The notes under the pieces: model-generated
What the model was told of the DNA's origin: nothing
The model's input: only the letters and a program-made list of their open reading frames with translations
Database searches by the model: none
Shown here: positions 46,897-57,229 of the stretch, one piece after another
Numbering within the stretch: position 1 is the stretch's first letter
Layout: each line of letters starts with the position of its first letter
Translations under genes and position numbers: made by a program
Origin: Eubacteriales bacterium
GTDB lineage: Bacteria > Bacillota > Clostridia > Oscillospirales > CAG-272
Assembly: GCA_045543615.1 (NCBI GenBank)
Contig: JAZPXL010000005.1
Coordinates: 132,436 to 196,435, forward strand
Length of the DNA stretch: 64,000 nucleotides
Direction of reading: 5' to 3'

Positions 46897-48297
46897 ATGA
46901 GCGAAATCAAAACAAGTGCAGAGGCAGCAAGAGAGCTTCTATACAAAAAGAAAACAGTATATGAGCGCAGAGACAGCGAGGCAATAGATGCCGCATACTC
47001 GTACGCCGAAGGATATGCAAGCTATCTTGACGCATCCAAGACAGAGAGAGAGGCCGTAGAGGCTTCCATAGCTCTGGCTGAGGCTGAGGGATTTGTTCCC
47101 TACACCTTCGGTGACGAAATAAAGGTTGGTGGAAAATATTATTACAACAACAGAGGTAAGAACCTCTTCCTCTTCTCCATTGGAAGCGAGAGCCTTGAGT
47201 GCGGTATTCGTATTTCTGCCGCACATATCGATTCCCCCAGAATCGACCTCAAGCAAGTTCCTCTTTATGAGGATAGTGGAATGTGCTTCTTCAAGACACA
47301 TTATTACGGTGGTATCAGAAAATATCAGTGGATGGCAACACCTCTTGCACTCCACGGTGTTGTTATTCGTCAGGACGGCACATCCGTTGAAATTACCATC
47401 GGTGAGGATGACGGCGATCCCGTTCTCTACATCAACGATCTTCTTCCCCACCTCGGACACAATGATGATCGCAAGCCCCTTGGCGAAGCTATTCCCGGCG
47501 AGAAGCTCAATCTTCTCATCGGCAGCCGTCCTCTTGTAAACGAGGCTGACGGCATCAAGCTCAACGTTCTCAGAATTCTTAATGAAAAATACGGCATCTG
47601 CGAAGAGGATTTCCTCACAGCAGAGCTGTGTGCAGTTCCTGTTGGACGTGCTCGTGATGTCGGATTTGACCGTTCAATGATCTGTGCCTACGGACACGAT
47701 GACAGAGTATGTGCATACCCTGCACTCACAGCTATGTTCGAGGCAATAAAGATGGGCACTCCCCACTCCCTTATGTGCATCCTTGCTGACAAGGAAGAGA
47801 CCGGAAGTGACGGAAACACAGGTATGCAGAGCGATCTCATCCTCGACCTCATTGACGCTATTGCAGAGTCTGCCTCCATCTCCTCTGCAAAGGTTCGTGC
47901 GTCCTCGCTCTGCCTCTCTGCAGACGTTTCTGCAGCATACGATCCCAATTTTGCTGAGGCGTTTGAAAAGCGTAACTCCTCACTCCTCTCGTGCGGCGTA
48001 GTTCTCACGAAGTACACAGGCGCAAGAGGAAAATCAAGCACCAACGATGCATCTGCTGAATATATCGGTGCGCTCCGTGCTATGATGGCAAAGGACGATG
48101 TTGTATGGCAGGCAGGCGAGCTTGGCAAGGTTGACTTTGGTGGTGGTGGAACTGTTGCAAAGTACATCTCAAAGCACAATATCGAGGTTGTTGACCTTGG
48201 AGTTCCCGTAATCTCTATGCACGCTCCTTATGAAATTATTGCAAAGGTTGACCTCTATGAAGCTCACAGAAGCTTCTCTGCGTTCAATCGCTATTGA
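46897..48297 (+). CDS. M18-family aminopeptidase
   Basis: 466 aa. AAHIDSPRIDLKQ, YGHDDRVCAY, LADKEETGS and ISMHAPYE. Confidence 0.85.
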   Translation: MSEIKTSAEAARELLYKKKTVYERRDSEAIDAAYSYAEGYASYLDASKTEREAVEASIALAEAEGFVPYTFGDEIKVGGKYYYNNRGKNLFLFSIGSESLECGIRISAAHIDSPRIDLKQVPLYEDSGMCFFKTHYYGGIRKYQWMATPLALHGVVIRQDGTSVEITIGEDDGDPVLYINDLLPHLGHNDDRKPLGEAIPGEKLNLLIGSRPLVNEADGIKLNVLRILNEKYGICEEDFLTAELCAVPVGRARDVGFDRSMICAYGHDDRVCAYPALTAMFEAIKMGTPHSLMCILADKEETGSDGNTGMQSDLILDLIDAIAESASISSAKVRASSLCLSADVSAAYDPNFAEAFEKRNSSLLSCGVVLTKYTGARGKSSTNDASAEYIGALRAMMAKDDVVWQAGELGKVDFGGGGTVAKYISKHNIEVVDLGVPVISMHAPYEIIAKVDLYEAHRSFSAFNRY

Positions 48298-48302
48298 TAT
48301 CA

Positions 48303-49376
48303 ATGCTCACAAGACTAAGCCAACTTTACGAAAAATATCTCGACATCTCGCAGAAGCTTGAGGACAACTCCGTCATCTCAAATATTGAGCTTTACACATC
48401 GCTCTTGAAGGAATATAAAGCCCTGACCCCTCTCATTGACGAATACAGACGCTACCTCTCGGCTGAGGAGAGCGAGAGTGAGGCAAGGGGAATACTTGAT
48501 GACAAATCCCTATCAGAGCTTCACGAGATTGCCGAAGAAGAGCTTGCCGAGGCAAAGCTTACAAAGGCTGACTCACTCGAAAAGCTTAAAGTTCTGCTTC
48601 TTCCGAGAGATCCCAATGATGACAAAAACGTTATTGTGGAGATCCGTGCAGGCACAGGTGGCGAGGAGGCGGCACTCTTCGCCTCTGCTCTCTACCGAAT
48701 GTACTCGATGTATTGCGAGGAATGTGGATTTAAGATCTCCGTTGCAAGCGCAAACGAAACTGACCGTGGTGGCTTTAAGGAAATAACCTTTACGGTCGAG
48801 GGTGACGGCGCATATTCAAGATTCAAATTTGAATCGGGCGTTCACCGTGTCCAGAGAGTTCCCGAAACCGAGTCCCAGGGACGCATTCACACCTCTGCGG
48901 CAACCGTTGCAGTTCTCCCTGAGGCTGATGCCGTTGAGATTGAAATTCTTCCCTCAGAGCTTTTATTTGAGTCCTGCAAATCGAGTGGAGCAGGTGGTCA
49001 GCATATAAACAAGACCGAATCTGCCGTAAGACTTACGCATATTCCCACAGGAATAGTTATAGAATGTCAACAAGAGCGTTCACAGTTTCAGAATAAGGAC
49101 AAGGCTCTGCGAATGCTTCGTGCCCGTCTGTATGATATCAAACGCACAGAACAGCAAGAAGCTATTGCCGGAGCAAGACGCTCACAGGTAGGAAGTGGCG
49201 ACAGAAGCGAAAAAATTCGCACCTACAATTACCCACAAAATCGCATAACCGATCACAGAATCGGGCTTACGCTCCATTCTCTCGACAGCTTCCTTGACGG
49301 AAAGATAGGCGAGATGATTGACGCTCTCATCGCCGCTGACACGGCTGAGAGGCTCAGAGCTGAGCAAAGCTACTAA
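48303..49376 (+). CDS. prfA: Peptide chain release factor 1
   Basis: RVQRVPETESQGRIHTSAATVAVLPE and SGAGGQHINKTESAVRLTHIPTG (GGQ motif). The track start at 48294 is TTG; the first ATG is at 48303. Confidence 0.93.
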   Translation: MLTRLSQLYEKYLDISQKLEDNSVISNIELYTSLLKEYKALTPLIDEYRRYLSAEESESEARGILDDKSLSELHEIAEEELAEAKLTKADSLEKLKVLLLPRDPNDDKNVIVEIRAGTGGEEAALFASALYRMYSMYCEECGFKISVASANETDRGGFKEITFTVEGDGAYSRFKFESGVHRVQRVPETESQGRIHTSAATVAVLPEADAVEIEILPSELLFESCKSSGAGGQHINKTESAVRLTHIPTGIVIECQQERSQFQNKDKALRMLRARLYDIKRTEQQEAIAGARRSQVGSGDRSEKIRTYNYPQNRITDHRIGLTLHSLDSFLDGKIGEMIDALIAADTAERLRAEQSY

Positions 49377-49396
49377 ACTTAAACGAAAGAGTTTTT

Positions 49397-50443
49397 ATGG
49401 AAACCTTAATAATTAAAGTAAACTGCGACGCCCCCGAGCCGGAGCAACTGATGCCTGCCGCAGAGCTGCTCAAAGCCGGTGGTACTGTGGTTTTCCCAAC
49501 CGAAACCGTCTACGGACTTGGTGGGGACGCCACAAGCCCCGAGAGCGCGAAAAAGATATACAAAGCCAAAGGACGTCCATCGGACAATCCTCTTATCATA
49601 CACATAGCGAAGCCCGAGGACGCTGAGGCGTACGCACACACGGGCGAGCTTTATTACAGGCTTGCAAAGCATTTTATGCCGGGGCCTCTTACGGTTATTA
49701 TGCCGAAGAAGGACACAATTCCCACGGAGGTCACAGGTGGGCTTGACAGCGTAGCAGTTCGCTGTCCTCTCCATCCCATAGCCAATGCGCTTATTGATAT
49801 GGCAGGTATCCCGATTGCCGCACCGTCGGCAAATCTGTCGGGCAAGCCCTCGCCAACCTGCGCCGAGCACGTTATTTGCGACCTATACGGCAGAGTTGAC
49901 TGCATAATTGATGGTGGCGACTCGGCGTTTGGCGTTGAATCAACAATAGTCAAGATAACGGGAGAGGACGAGCTTGTGCTTCTGCGCCCGGGAGCAGTTA
50001 CATACGATGCTCTCTGTTGCGTCTGCTCCTCTGTCAGCGTCAGCAACACCGTTACAGAGATGCTGAAGGAAAATGAAAGACCGATCTGTCCCGGAACTAA
50101 ATACAGGCATTATGCGCCAAGCAAGCCTCTTGTGCTTGTCGGTGGAGACGCTTGCGCACGGCTTGAGTTTTTCAGACGCAAGCAACGTGATGAGGGCGCA
50201 ACCATCATCTGCTATGATGAGCAGGCAGAGTCTCTTGAAGCTGACAAAATAATATGTATAGGTGGCGAGAGCGATCTTGAGGCGCAAGGACACAATCTCT
50301 TCTCTGCTCTCCGTGAGTGCGACAAGATAGGTGGCGAGAGGGTGTATGCCAATCTTCCCGACACAAGCGGCTTCGGGCTTGCCCTTTACAACAGGCTTAT
50401 AAGGGCAGCTGCGCACACCGTTGTCTATCCAACATCAGAATAA
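49397..50443 (+). CDS. tsaC: L-threonylcarbamoyladenylate synthase (Sua5/YwlC type, two domains)
   Basis: 348 aa. VVFPTETVYGLGGDA, KGRPSDNPLIIH and SANLSGKPSPT. Confidence 0.9.
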   Translation: METLIIKVNCDAPEPEQLMPAAELLKAGGTVVFPTETVYGLGGDATSPESAKKIYKAKGRPSDNPLIIHIAKPEDAEAYAHTGELYYRLAKHFMPGPLTVIMPKKDTIPTEVTGGLDSVAVRCPLHPIANALIDMAGIPIAAPSANLSGKPSPTCAEHVICDLYGRVDCIIDGGDSAFGVESTIVKITGEDELVLLRPGAVTYDALCCVCSSVSVSNTVTEMLKENERPICPGTKYRHYAPSKPLVLVGGDACARLEFFRRKQRDEGATIICYDEQAESLEADKIICIGGESDLEAQGHNLFSALRECDKIGGERVYANLPDTSGFGLALYNRLIRAAAHTVVYPTSE

Positions 50444-50478
50444 ATGATACTCCCCAAATAAAAATTGAGGTTTAAGAA

Positions 50479-52716
50479 ATGGCAAGAAAGAAAAAAACGG
50501 AAGTCCCGCTTCCGATCACACACGCTCCGATAACGGACCAGCCCATAACGGACACGATAGAAAAAAACTATATGCCGTATGTTATGAGCGTCATCGTATC
50601 AAGAGCAATTCCCGAGATCGACGGATTTAAGCCCTCGCATCGAAAGATCCTATATACAATGTATAAAATGGGACTGCTTTCAGGTGGCAGAACCAAGAGC
50701 GCAAACGTAGTAGGTCAAACGATGAGGCTTCACCCCCACGGAGACGCCGCAATATATGAAACGATGGTGCGTCTGACTCGTGACTATGAGGCTCTTCTTC
50801 ACCCCTTCGTCGACTCAAAAGGCTCGTTTGGTAAGCAGTACAGCTCAAGCACCATTTGCGCCGCACCCCGTTACACAGAGGTAAGACTTGAAAAATTCGC
50901 AGCTGAGCTTTTCGGGGGTATTGATAAAAACGCCGTCGAAATGGTCGACAACTACGACGGCACGATGAAAGAGCCGACACTGCTCCCGACCTCCTTCCCG
51001 AACATTCTGGTAACACCCAACACGGGTATTGCAGTTGGTATGGCGTCGAAAATATGCCCCTTCAATCTCTCGGAGGTTTGCGACGCAACGATAGCTCTTC
51101 TGCGCTCATCAAAAACAAATATCGACAATATTCTCGATATTATGCCCGCTCCCGACTTCCCCTGTGGAGGCGAGATTATTTATGACAGAGAGGCTATGAA
51201 GCGTGTTTACGAAACAGGCGAGGGCCCCGTCAAGATCCGTGCAAAATATCGCTATGATAAATCGGAAAACTGCATTGAGATAACTGAAATTCCGTACTCG
51301 ACAACAGTTGAGGTCATAATGAAGAAGATTGCCGAGATGATCAAAAACGGCTCTCTTCGTGATGTTGTTGACTTCAGAGATGAAACCGACCTCCAGGGCT
51401 TCAAGCTCACACTTGATCTGCGCCGTGGCACCGATCCCGATGCGCTTATGATCAAGCTCTACAAGGCTACAGCTCTCGAGGACAGCTTCTCCTGCAACTT
51501 CAATGTACTCATCAACTCAACACCGTACACTCTCGGCGTTATCCCAATTCTCGAGGAGTGGATCAAATTCCGTAAGAGATGTCTTGCACGTGAGCTCACA
51601 TACGAGCTTGAAAAGAAAAAGGACAAGCTCCACCTGTTGCTCGGTCTTGGAAAGATTTTGCTTGACATTGACAAGGCTATTAAGATCATTCGCAACACCG
51701 AAAAGGAAAGCGATGTTGTTCCCAATCTCTGCCGTGGATTTTCTATCGACACCAAGCAGGCCGAGTATATTGCAGAAATCCGTCTTCGTTATCTCAACCG
51801 TGAGTACCTCATCAATCGCATAAACGAGATCGATTCGCTTCGTGCAGAGATTGCAGATATTGAGGAAACTCTTCGCGACGAGCTCAAGATGAAGAGGCTT
51901 ATTGCATCCCAGCTTACTGAGATCAAGAAGAAATATGGCAAGCCTCGACGTGCAACGATTAAAAACGCAGATGAGATTGTTGTTTATCGTGCAGAAGACT
52001 TTATTGAAAACTACCCCGCACACTTCTTCCTTTCAGCTGACGGTTATTTCAAGAAGATAACCGACAAGTCGCTCAGAGGTAATGATGAGCAAAAGCTAAA
52101 GGATGGCGACCACCTGATTGCTGAATTTGATGCTGAAAACATCACAGAGCTTGCTGTATTTACAAATATGGGACAGCTCTATCGCTTCAAGGCGTCGGAA
52201 ATTCCGTCCTGCAAAGCATCGGAATACGGCGAGTTCCTCCCGGGCAAGCTGAAATTTGAAAAAGGCGAGAAGCCTATCTATATCAGAATTGATGCAGATT
52301 GGAACGACACGGGCAATATGGTATTCGTATTTGCCAACGGCAAGGGCGTCAAAATTCCACTTTCAGCTTACGCCGTAAAGGGAACGAGAAGAAAAATGAC
52401 GGGTGTGTATTCGTCAGCCTCGCCCATAGTCGGCATATTCGAGGAGAACAAAAAGCCGTTTGAGCTTCTCATCGTAACGTCAAACGATCGCGCAATAGTG
52501 CTTTCAACCTCGCTCCTTCCCGTAAAGACCACAAGAACATCGGGAGGCTCACAGCTCCTGACGCTCAAAAAGGATATGACCGTTGTAGCCGTATATCGTG
52601 ACTTTGCAGACAAATTTGAAAGCACCAAGGGCTACAAGAAAACAAAAATCCCCGCAACTCCCGTACTTCTCGTTGAGAAGGACATCGAAAAGATGCAGCT
52701 TCAAATCGAGATTTAA
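50479..52716 (+). CDS. Type IIA topoisomerase subunit A (divergent GyrA/ParC-like)
   Basis: 745 aa. DGFKPSHRKILYTMY, RLHPHGDAAIYETMVRL and catalytic-Tyr context AAPRYTEVRL. Shorter than canonical GyrA. No B subunit in the window. Confidence 0.85.
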   Translation: MARKKKTEVPLPITHAPITDQPITDTIEKNYMPYVMSVIVSRAIPEIDGFKPSHRKILYTMYKMGLLSGGRTKSANVVGQTMRLHPHGDAAIYETMVRLTRDYEALLHPFVDSKGSFGKQYSSSTICAAPRYTEVRLEKFAAELFGGIDKNAVEMVDNYDGTMKEPTLLPTSFPNILVTPNTGIAVGMASKICPFNLSEVCDATIALLRSSKTNIDNILDIMPAPDFPCGGEIIYDREAMKRVYETGEGPVKIRAKYRYDKSENCIEITEIPYSTTVEVIMKKIAEMIKNGSLRDVVDFRDETDLQGFKLTLDLRRGTDPDALMIKLYKATALEDSFSCNFNVLINSTPYTLGVIPILEEWIKFRKRCLARELTYELEKKKDKLHLLLGLGKILLDIDKAIKIIRNTEKESDVVPNLCRGFSIDTKQAEYIAEIRLRYLNREYLINRINEIDSLRAEIADIEETLRDELKMKRLIASQLTEIKKKYGKPRRATIKNADEIVVYRAEDFIENYPAHFFLSADGYFKKITDKSLRGNDEQKLKDGDHLIAEFDAENITELAVFTNMGQLYRFKASEIPSCKASEYGEFLPGKLKFEKGEKPIYIRIDADWNDTGNMVFVFANGKGVKIPLSAYAVKGTRRKMTGVYSSASPIVGIFEENKKPFELLIVTSNDRAIVLSTSLLPVKTTRTSGGSQLLTLKKDMTVVAVYRDFADKFESTKGYKKTKIPATPVLLVEKDIEKMQLQIEI

Positions 52717-52737
52717 CCCCACAATGAGGTAATTATT

Positions 52738-53721
52738 ATGAAATTTTTCAAAAGACTGAAACGCACTACGGTGTTGGTATTGGCACTTATGCTCGCAGCC
52801 ACATCATCACTTGCCGTGTACGCAACGGTTGATTATGACAGCTCCAAGGACCCCGTAGTTTCACTTTCGGGTATGAAGGCGTATATCTCTGAGATCGTAC
52901 AAACGATAAATGCAACCATCACCGATATAAGCACCCGTCTGTCCGTACTTGAGCTTGCCTATGAATCAGGTAGTGGCCCAAGCTCAGGCACAGAGGGTAG
53001 TGGAGCTACATCCGAGTCAATTCAGGCTCTGCTTGACAGAATTTCTGCGCTTGAGAATAAAGTCGGCTCGCTTGAAGAGGACAACACCGAGCTTCAGAAC
53101 CAGCTGAATACTGCAAAGGCTCAGCTTGAAGCAAGGCTTGCAAAGCTTGAGGCAGATTTTGCGGCAACGCAATCCTCAATCTCCTCTCTCTCCGATGAAA
53201 TTTCAAGTCTGCGCACACAGCTGACAGCGACGAAGACTGACCTTGCAACCCTCTCAGCCAACTTCAAGCAAATTGCTGACATCTCAACAAAGCTTGACAC
53301 GCTGACCTATAAGATAAACTCTCTCACAAGCGAGGGGGGCGACATTGCAGTTCTTAAAAAACAGTTTGCCTCCGTCAAGGCGCAGTTTGATGAGCTGTGT
53401 GATGAAGTAGGTCAGATTTATAAGGTTGTCTTCCTCCCGTACGGATCAATCATCCACGCAACAGAGGAAGATGACACAGTTCTGGCAGTTCTTCGCTCAG
53501 GCTCTGCTGTTGCAATCTCTCCCTACACCACACCGGGAACAATCCAAGGACTTAATGACCTTACAGGTGGTACTGATCTTGTAAACGGTGACGCACTTCC
53601 TCTCTTCCACAATATTATGATCCCTCGTGGTGGTAATGACGGACGCGGCATTATGATTACATCCTTTGAAGGTGCTTATATTATGTTGGGAGGTGACTTT
53701 ACAATTGTCACACCTCAATAA
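52738..53721 (+). CDS. Secreted coiled-coil protein with a C-terminal beta-rich domain
   Basis: 327 aa. Signal MKFFKRLKRTTVLVLALMLAATSSLAVYA. Heptad-like LEEDNTELQNQLNTAKAQLEARLAKLEADFAAT... No family recognised. Confidence 0.65.
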   Translation: MKFFKRLKRTTVLVLALMLAATSSLAVYATVDYDSSKDPVVSLSGMKAYISEIVQTINATITDISTRLSVLELAYESGSGPSSGTEGSGATSESIQALLDRISALENKVGSLEEDNTELQNQLNTAKAQLEARLAKLEADFAATQSSISSLSDEISSLRTQLTATKTDLATLSANFKQIADISTKLDTLTYKINSLTSEGGDIAVLKKQFASVKAQFDELCDEVGQIYKVVFLPYGSIIHATEEDDTVLAVLRSGSAVAISPYTTPGTIQGLNDLTGGTDLVNGDALPLFHNIMIPRGGNDGRGIMITSFEGAYIMLGGDFTIVTPQ

Positions 53722-53737
53722 AAGCAATCAAAAGAAG

Positions 53738-55702
53738 ATGTGGGTCAGAGTAATAGCCCTCGTGCTTGCAGCTCTTATGGTGCTCAGCGTAATTTATATG
53801 GCGATAGCCTTTATTATAGGCGCATCTGCTGCTGACGCACTTGATGCATACGCATTCGATACCGTCAAAACGGACGATGACTTTCGCCTTGCCATCGGCA
53901 TCAGATACGGATCAAGCGCATTTCCTCTCCACCCTCTGACAACGCCCTATGGTTATGTAGTCGGCGAGGCAAGAGTAACAAGAACAAACCACGCATTTAC
54001 TCCTCTCTACGTTCTTAATGAAACTGATATTGCTGCCGTTGTCGATGCTAACCTGACAGTTGGCTACCAAAGCTGCACCATCGCCACAAGCGAGGAGGAG
54101 ACGGATATCGGTGGATACAATGTTGAAATTTCTCTCGAAACGGGAAATATCTGGGACAATCTCTCCGACCTGTGCTCAATCTTTATGGCCGACTATGAGC
54201 AAGTCTTCCCTGCCTACATAAACGGTGTGCGCACGATAAGAATCGGCGCATATCCGAATTATTCAGAGGCATCGGCTGCTGCTGCGCAGATTGGCGCACA
54301 GCTTGAGGGATTTAATATCTCCGTTGCATCCCCCTCGTCAAGTGGTATGTCGTTTATCAATGGCGACTATGACACTCTTCTTTTTGAATACGCAGGAGAC
54401 GAATACTGCTACGGTGGCGTTTGCGCTCTGCAGATGGAGGGACAAGAGGAAGCTTTCATCTGTAATGATGACAACACATATCTTTACGGCGGCGTTTTCT
54501 GCTTCCCAAGGTACATAACCGACGAATACAATGGCCTTACACTCATAAATCTCATTGAGCTTACCCCCTATGTTGAGGGCATCATTCCCAACGAGATTTC
54601 AAACACCTGGCCAACAGAGGCTCTCAAATCATTTGCTATTATGGCGAGAACGGTTGCTATGTCATCGCTCAACAACCATTTCAGCAAATACGGCTTTGAC
54701 CTCTGCGTAACGCATTGTCAGGCGTACCGTGGTCGCAGACTTGTCAATGACAAGGTCATTGAGGCCTGTGAATCGACGGACAATCTCATAATGACCTACG
54801 GCAACACCATCACTACTATTTCCTATTCATCCTCGCAGGGTGGTTGCTCTGCAGGTTCGGAATACGTATGGGTCGCTCCCCTTCCATACTTGATAAATCA
54901 ATCAACTCCCTGGGAGGACTATGCTGATGTATACCGTGGGAACTGGACGTTTGAGACAACTCCCGAATATCTCGCAGACTCATTCCGTGACCTCGGTTGC
55001 TCGCAGATTACAGGCTCAAAAATCGTCTCTCTGTCAATCGAAACTGCAGGTGGGCCATCCACTTATGTTTATTCTATGACAGGCACGGACGAGCTTGGTA
55101 ACACAGGAACCGTAACAAAATGCCAGAACATAGCAGCCCTTATGTACCAGTGTTGTTATTCAGCCAATTTCGTGATCAATCAAGGCTCTGTTACATACAC
55201 CTACTCAGATGTTCTCTCGAACAGGATAATCGACCTCAAGGAAGTATATCTTGGCGAGCTTGATGTCTACACCTCCGAGGGTGTGGCAACATCAAGCGCA
55301 TCAAAGTTCAATTTCTTCACTGCTATCGGCCAGGCACTTAAGAACAACTCAAGTGCTCTCTACGTCTACACAGACAAGGGAACATCCATTCTCTACTCAA
55401 ACACAAATCTTCCCGTATCCACAACTCCCGACCTTGAGGGTAAATATACCGTTGTTTCCGACTACGGCGATTTCCTCATCGTCTCCGAGCTTCAAGACTT
55501 TGAGAAGACCTTCACAGCCTCCACCCCCACAAACTACGCCATCGCAGGCAAGGGCTGGGGACACGGCGTTGGAGCAAGCCAGTACGGAATCTACCACCTC
55601 GCAGTTGCAGGAGCAACATACGAGCAGATCATCAAGGCTTACTTCCCCGGAACTGAGGTTTCATATCTTACAGACTACTTAAAGAGTCTGCAAAAGCAAT
55701 AA
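53738..55702 (+). CDS. SpoIID/LytB-domain protein with an N-terminal TM and a large extra N-terminal domain
   Basis: ATG at 53738 (MWVRVIALVLAALMVLSVIYMAIAFIIGASA). SpoIID-like ALKSFAIMARTVAMS, YSSSQGG and GKGWGHGVGASQYG. Confidence 0.8.
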   Translation: MWVRVIALVLAALMVLSVIYMAIAFIIGASAADALDAYAFDTVKTDDDFRLAIGIRYGSSAFPLHPLTTPYGYVVGEARVTRTNHAFTPLYVLNETDIAAVVDANLTVGYQSCTIATSEEETDIGGYNVEISLETGNIWDNLSDLCSIFMADYEQVFPAYINGVRTIRIGAYPNYSEASAAAAQIGAQLEGFNISVASPSSSGMSFINGDYDTLLFEYAGDEYCYGGVCALQMEGQEEAFICNDDNTYLYGGVFCFPRYITDEYNGLTLINLIELTPYVEGIIPNEISNTWPTEALKSFAIMARTVAMSSLNNHFSKYGFDLCVTHCQAYRGRRLVNDKVIEACESTDNLIMTYGNTITTISYSSSQGGCSAGSEYVWVAPLPYLINQSTPWEDYADVYRGNWTFETTPEYLADSFRDLGCSQITGSKIVSLSIETAGGPSTYVYSMTGTDELGNTGTVTKCQNIAALMYQCCYSANFVINQGSVTYTYSDVLSNRIIDLKEVYLGELDVYTSEGVATSSASKFNFFTAIGQALKNNSSALYVYTDKGTSILYSNTNLPVSTTPDLEGKYTVVSDYGDFLIVSELQDFEKTFTASTPTNYAIAGKGWGHGVGASQYGIYHLAVAGATYEQIIKAYFPGTEVSYLTDYLKSLQKQ

Positions 55703-55733
55703 AAAAATCCCCGTTTACCACGGGGATTTTTTT
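55703..55733. terminator. Bidirectional terminator
   Basis: AAATCCCCG-TTTACCA-CGGGGATTT with A7 before and T7 after. Confidence 0.85.
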
Positions 55734-55741
55734 GTATTATC

Positions 55742-56983
55742 TTATTCTCCTCTTTGATGTACCGTAAGACTTGCGTTCTTTGATATCTTTTCTTGAGAGC
55801 GAGTAATAATGCGACCGATCTCAACCTCACTGCTACCACTCAGCGTCAGCACAGCTTCTCTTACAGTCAGGGTGGGAGACTTGAAATCACACGCTCCACT
55901 CACCTTCAAGGAAAGCGTATCAACCTCTCCACCAAGCGAGATCGTGCCATTACCACCGACGTTTATTACTGCGTTCTCGCCACAAATTCGGTCAATTGTC
56001 GCCTCTCCGGCACCGTTTATCTTGAAAAGTGGAGTGCAAACCTGCTTTGCCTTAAGCGAGCCTGCGCCATTGATTGCAACATTTGCACTGAATGCAACCT
56101 CGTCTATGGTAATATCTCCCGCACCATTTATCTTCGCTTCAAGTATGTTAACACCACCTGCCACAATATCGCCACTACCATTAACCGTAGCGTCAAGTAT
56201 ACGGCAGTCAACCTCTGTTCTAACCTTTGCGCAACCGTTGACTTGTAGCTTGAGCATCGGAATTCTCTCGCTGCCGGCATTCGGCAGATAAATATCTATC
56301 TTATTTCGGTTACCCGCATCATAGCTTCCACTATCAAAAAAGATGTAAAGCGTGTCTTCTCTCAGCTCCACATTAAGCCTTGAGATAAAAATGCTCGACC
56401 CTCTCGCTTCAACCCTGCACCTCTCGCCTGCCATCGCACGCTTTATTGTTGCGTCACAACACACGGGAATGGATAGACTTAGTGAGGAAAACGAGGAAAA
56501 TTCACGGCAAAGCTCGGTTACTCCAATATCATACGCTGACGCCGCATCTATACTGTCAAAGAATCTTATCTCGCCCTCGCCACAGTTGACGGCATATCTT
56601 TCTTTTATGTCAGCAAAGCTACCGTCAGTAAAGTATGCAATATTCTTCTCAACATCAACACGCAGAACAGTCTTTGATGAATAGCACGCCCTGCCCGAAG
56701 TTGAGAAAACAAAGTCAAGTCCATCCTTGCTTGACGGAAAGGAGACCAGCTCATCTCTGTCACTTCCTCTCTCGTACTCAACCCCAAAAAGCTTTTCAAT
56801 CGGAATATCGAGTGCGTCGGCTATCTCCGGAAACAGAGTGACATCGGGATAGCCTAATCCGTTTTCCCATTTCGATATTGCTTGAGCAGTTATGCCAAGC
56901 TGTGTGGCAAGTGCCTCTTGCGTAAGCCCCGCTTTGCGCCTTGCATCAACTATTGTCTGTCCAAAATTCTCTATACTTGCCAT
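55742..56983 (-). CDS. XRE-type HTH fused to a repetitive beta-helix domain (DUF2807/DUF4097-like)
   Basis: 413 aa. HTH GLTQEALATQLGITAQAISKWENGLGYP. C-terminal repeats VNGSGDIV / INGAGDITI / INGAGSLKA / INGAGEATI / VGGNGTISL. No TM seen. Confidence 0.75.
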   Translation of the reverse strand: MASIENFGQTIVDARRKAGLTQEALATQLGITAQAISKWENGLGYPDVTLFPEIADALDIPIEKLFGVEYERGSDRDELVSFPSSKDGLDFVFSTSGRACYSSKTVLRVDVEKNIAYFTDGSFADIKERYAVNCGEGEIRFFDSIDAASAYDIGVTELCREFSSFSSLSLSIPVCCDATIKRAMAGERCRVEARGSSIFISRLNVELREDTLYIFFDSGSYDAGNRNKIDIYLPNAGSERIPMLKLQVNGCAKVRTEVDCRILDATVNGSGDIVAGGVNILEAKINGAGDITIDEVAFSANVAINGAGSLKAKQVCTPLFKINGAGEATIDRICGENAVINVGGNGTISLGGEVDTLSLKVSGACDFKSPTLTVREAVLTLSGSSEVEIGRIITRSQEKISKNASLTVHQRGE

Positions 56984-57229
56984 CAGTTTTGCTCCTTTGT
57001 TTTTTCTTGTCTATATTATATATCTGACGCAAGCAAAAGTCAAGCGACGTGTAGTTGAGTTTATCTCCCGTGAGAGCACAAATAAATGCCACCCTCTCCG
57101 TTTTTTCTCAACTGACCGTTTACTAAACCGACAGTTGCACATTTTTTGTTGTGACTTTATAAAACACCGTTGAAAAAGCTATTTTTTTGTGTTATAATAA
57201 TATTATAATAATTATTTTGGAGGTCTCTA

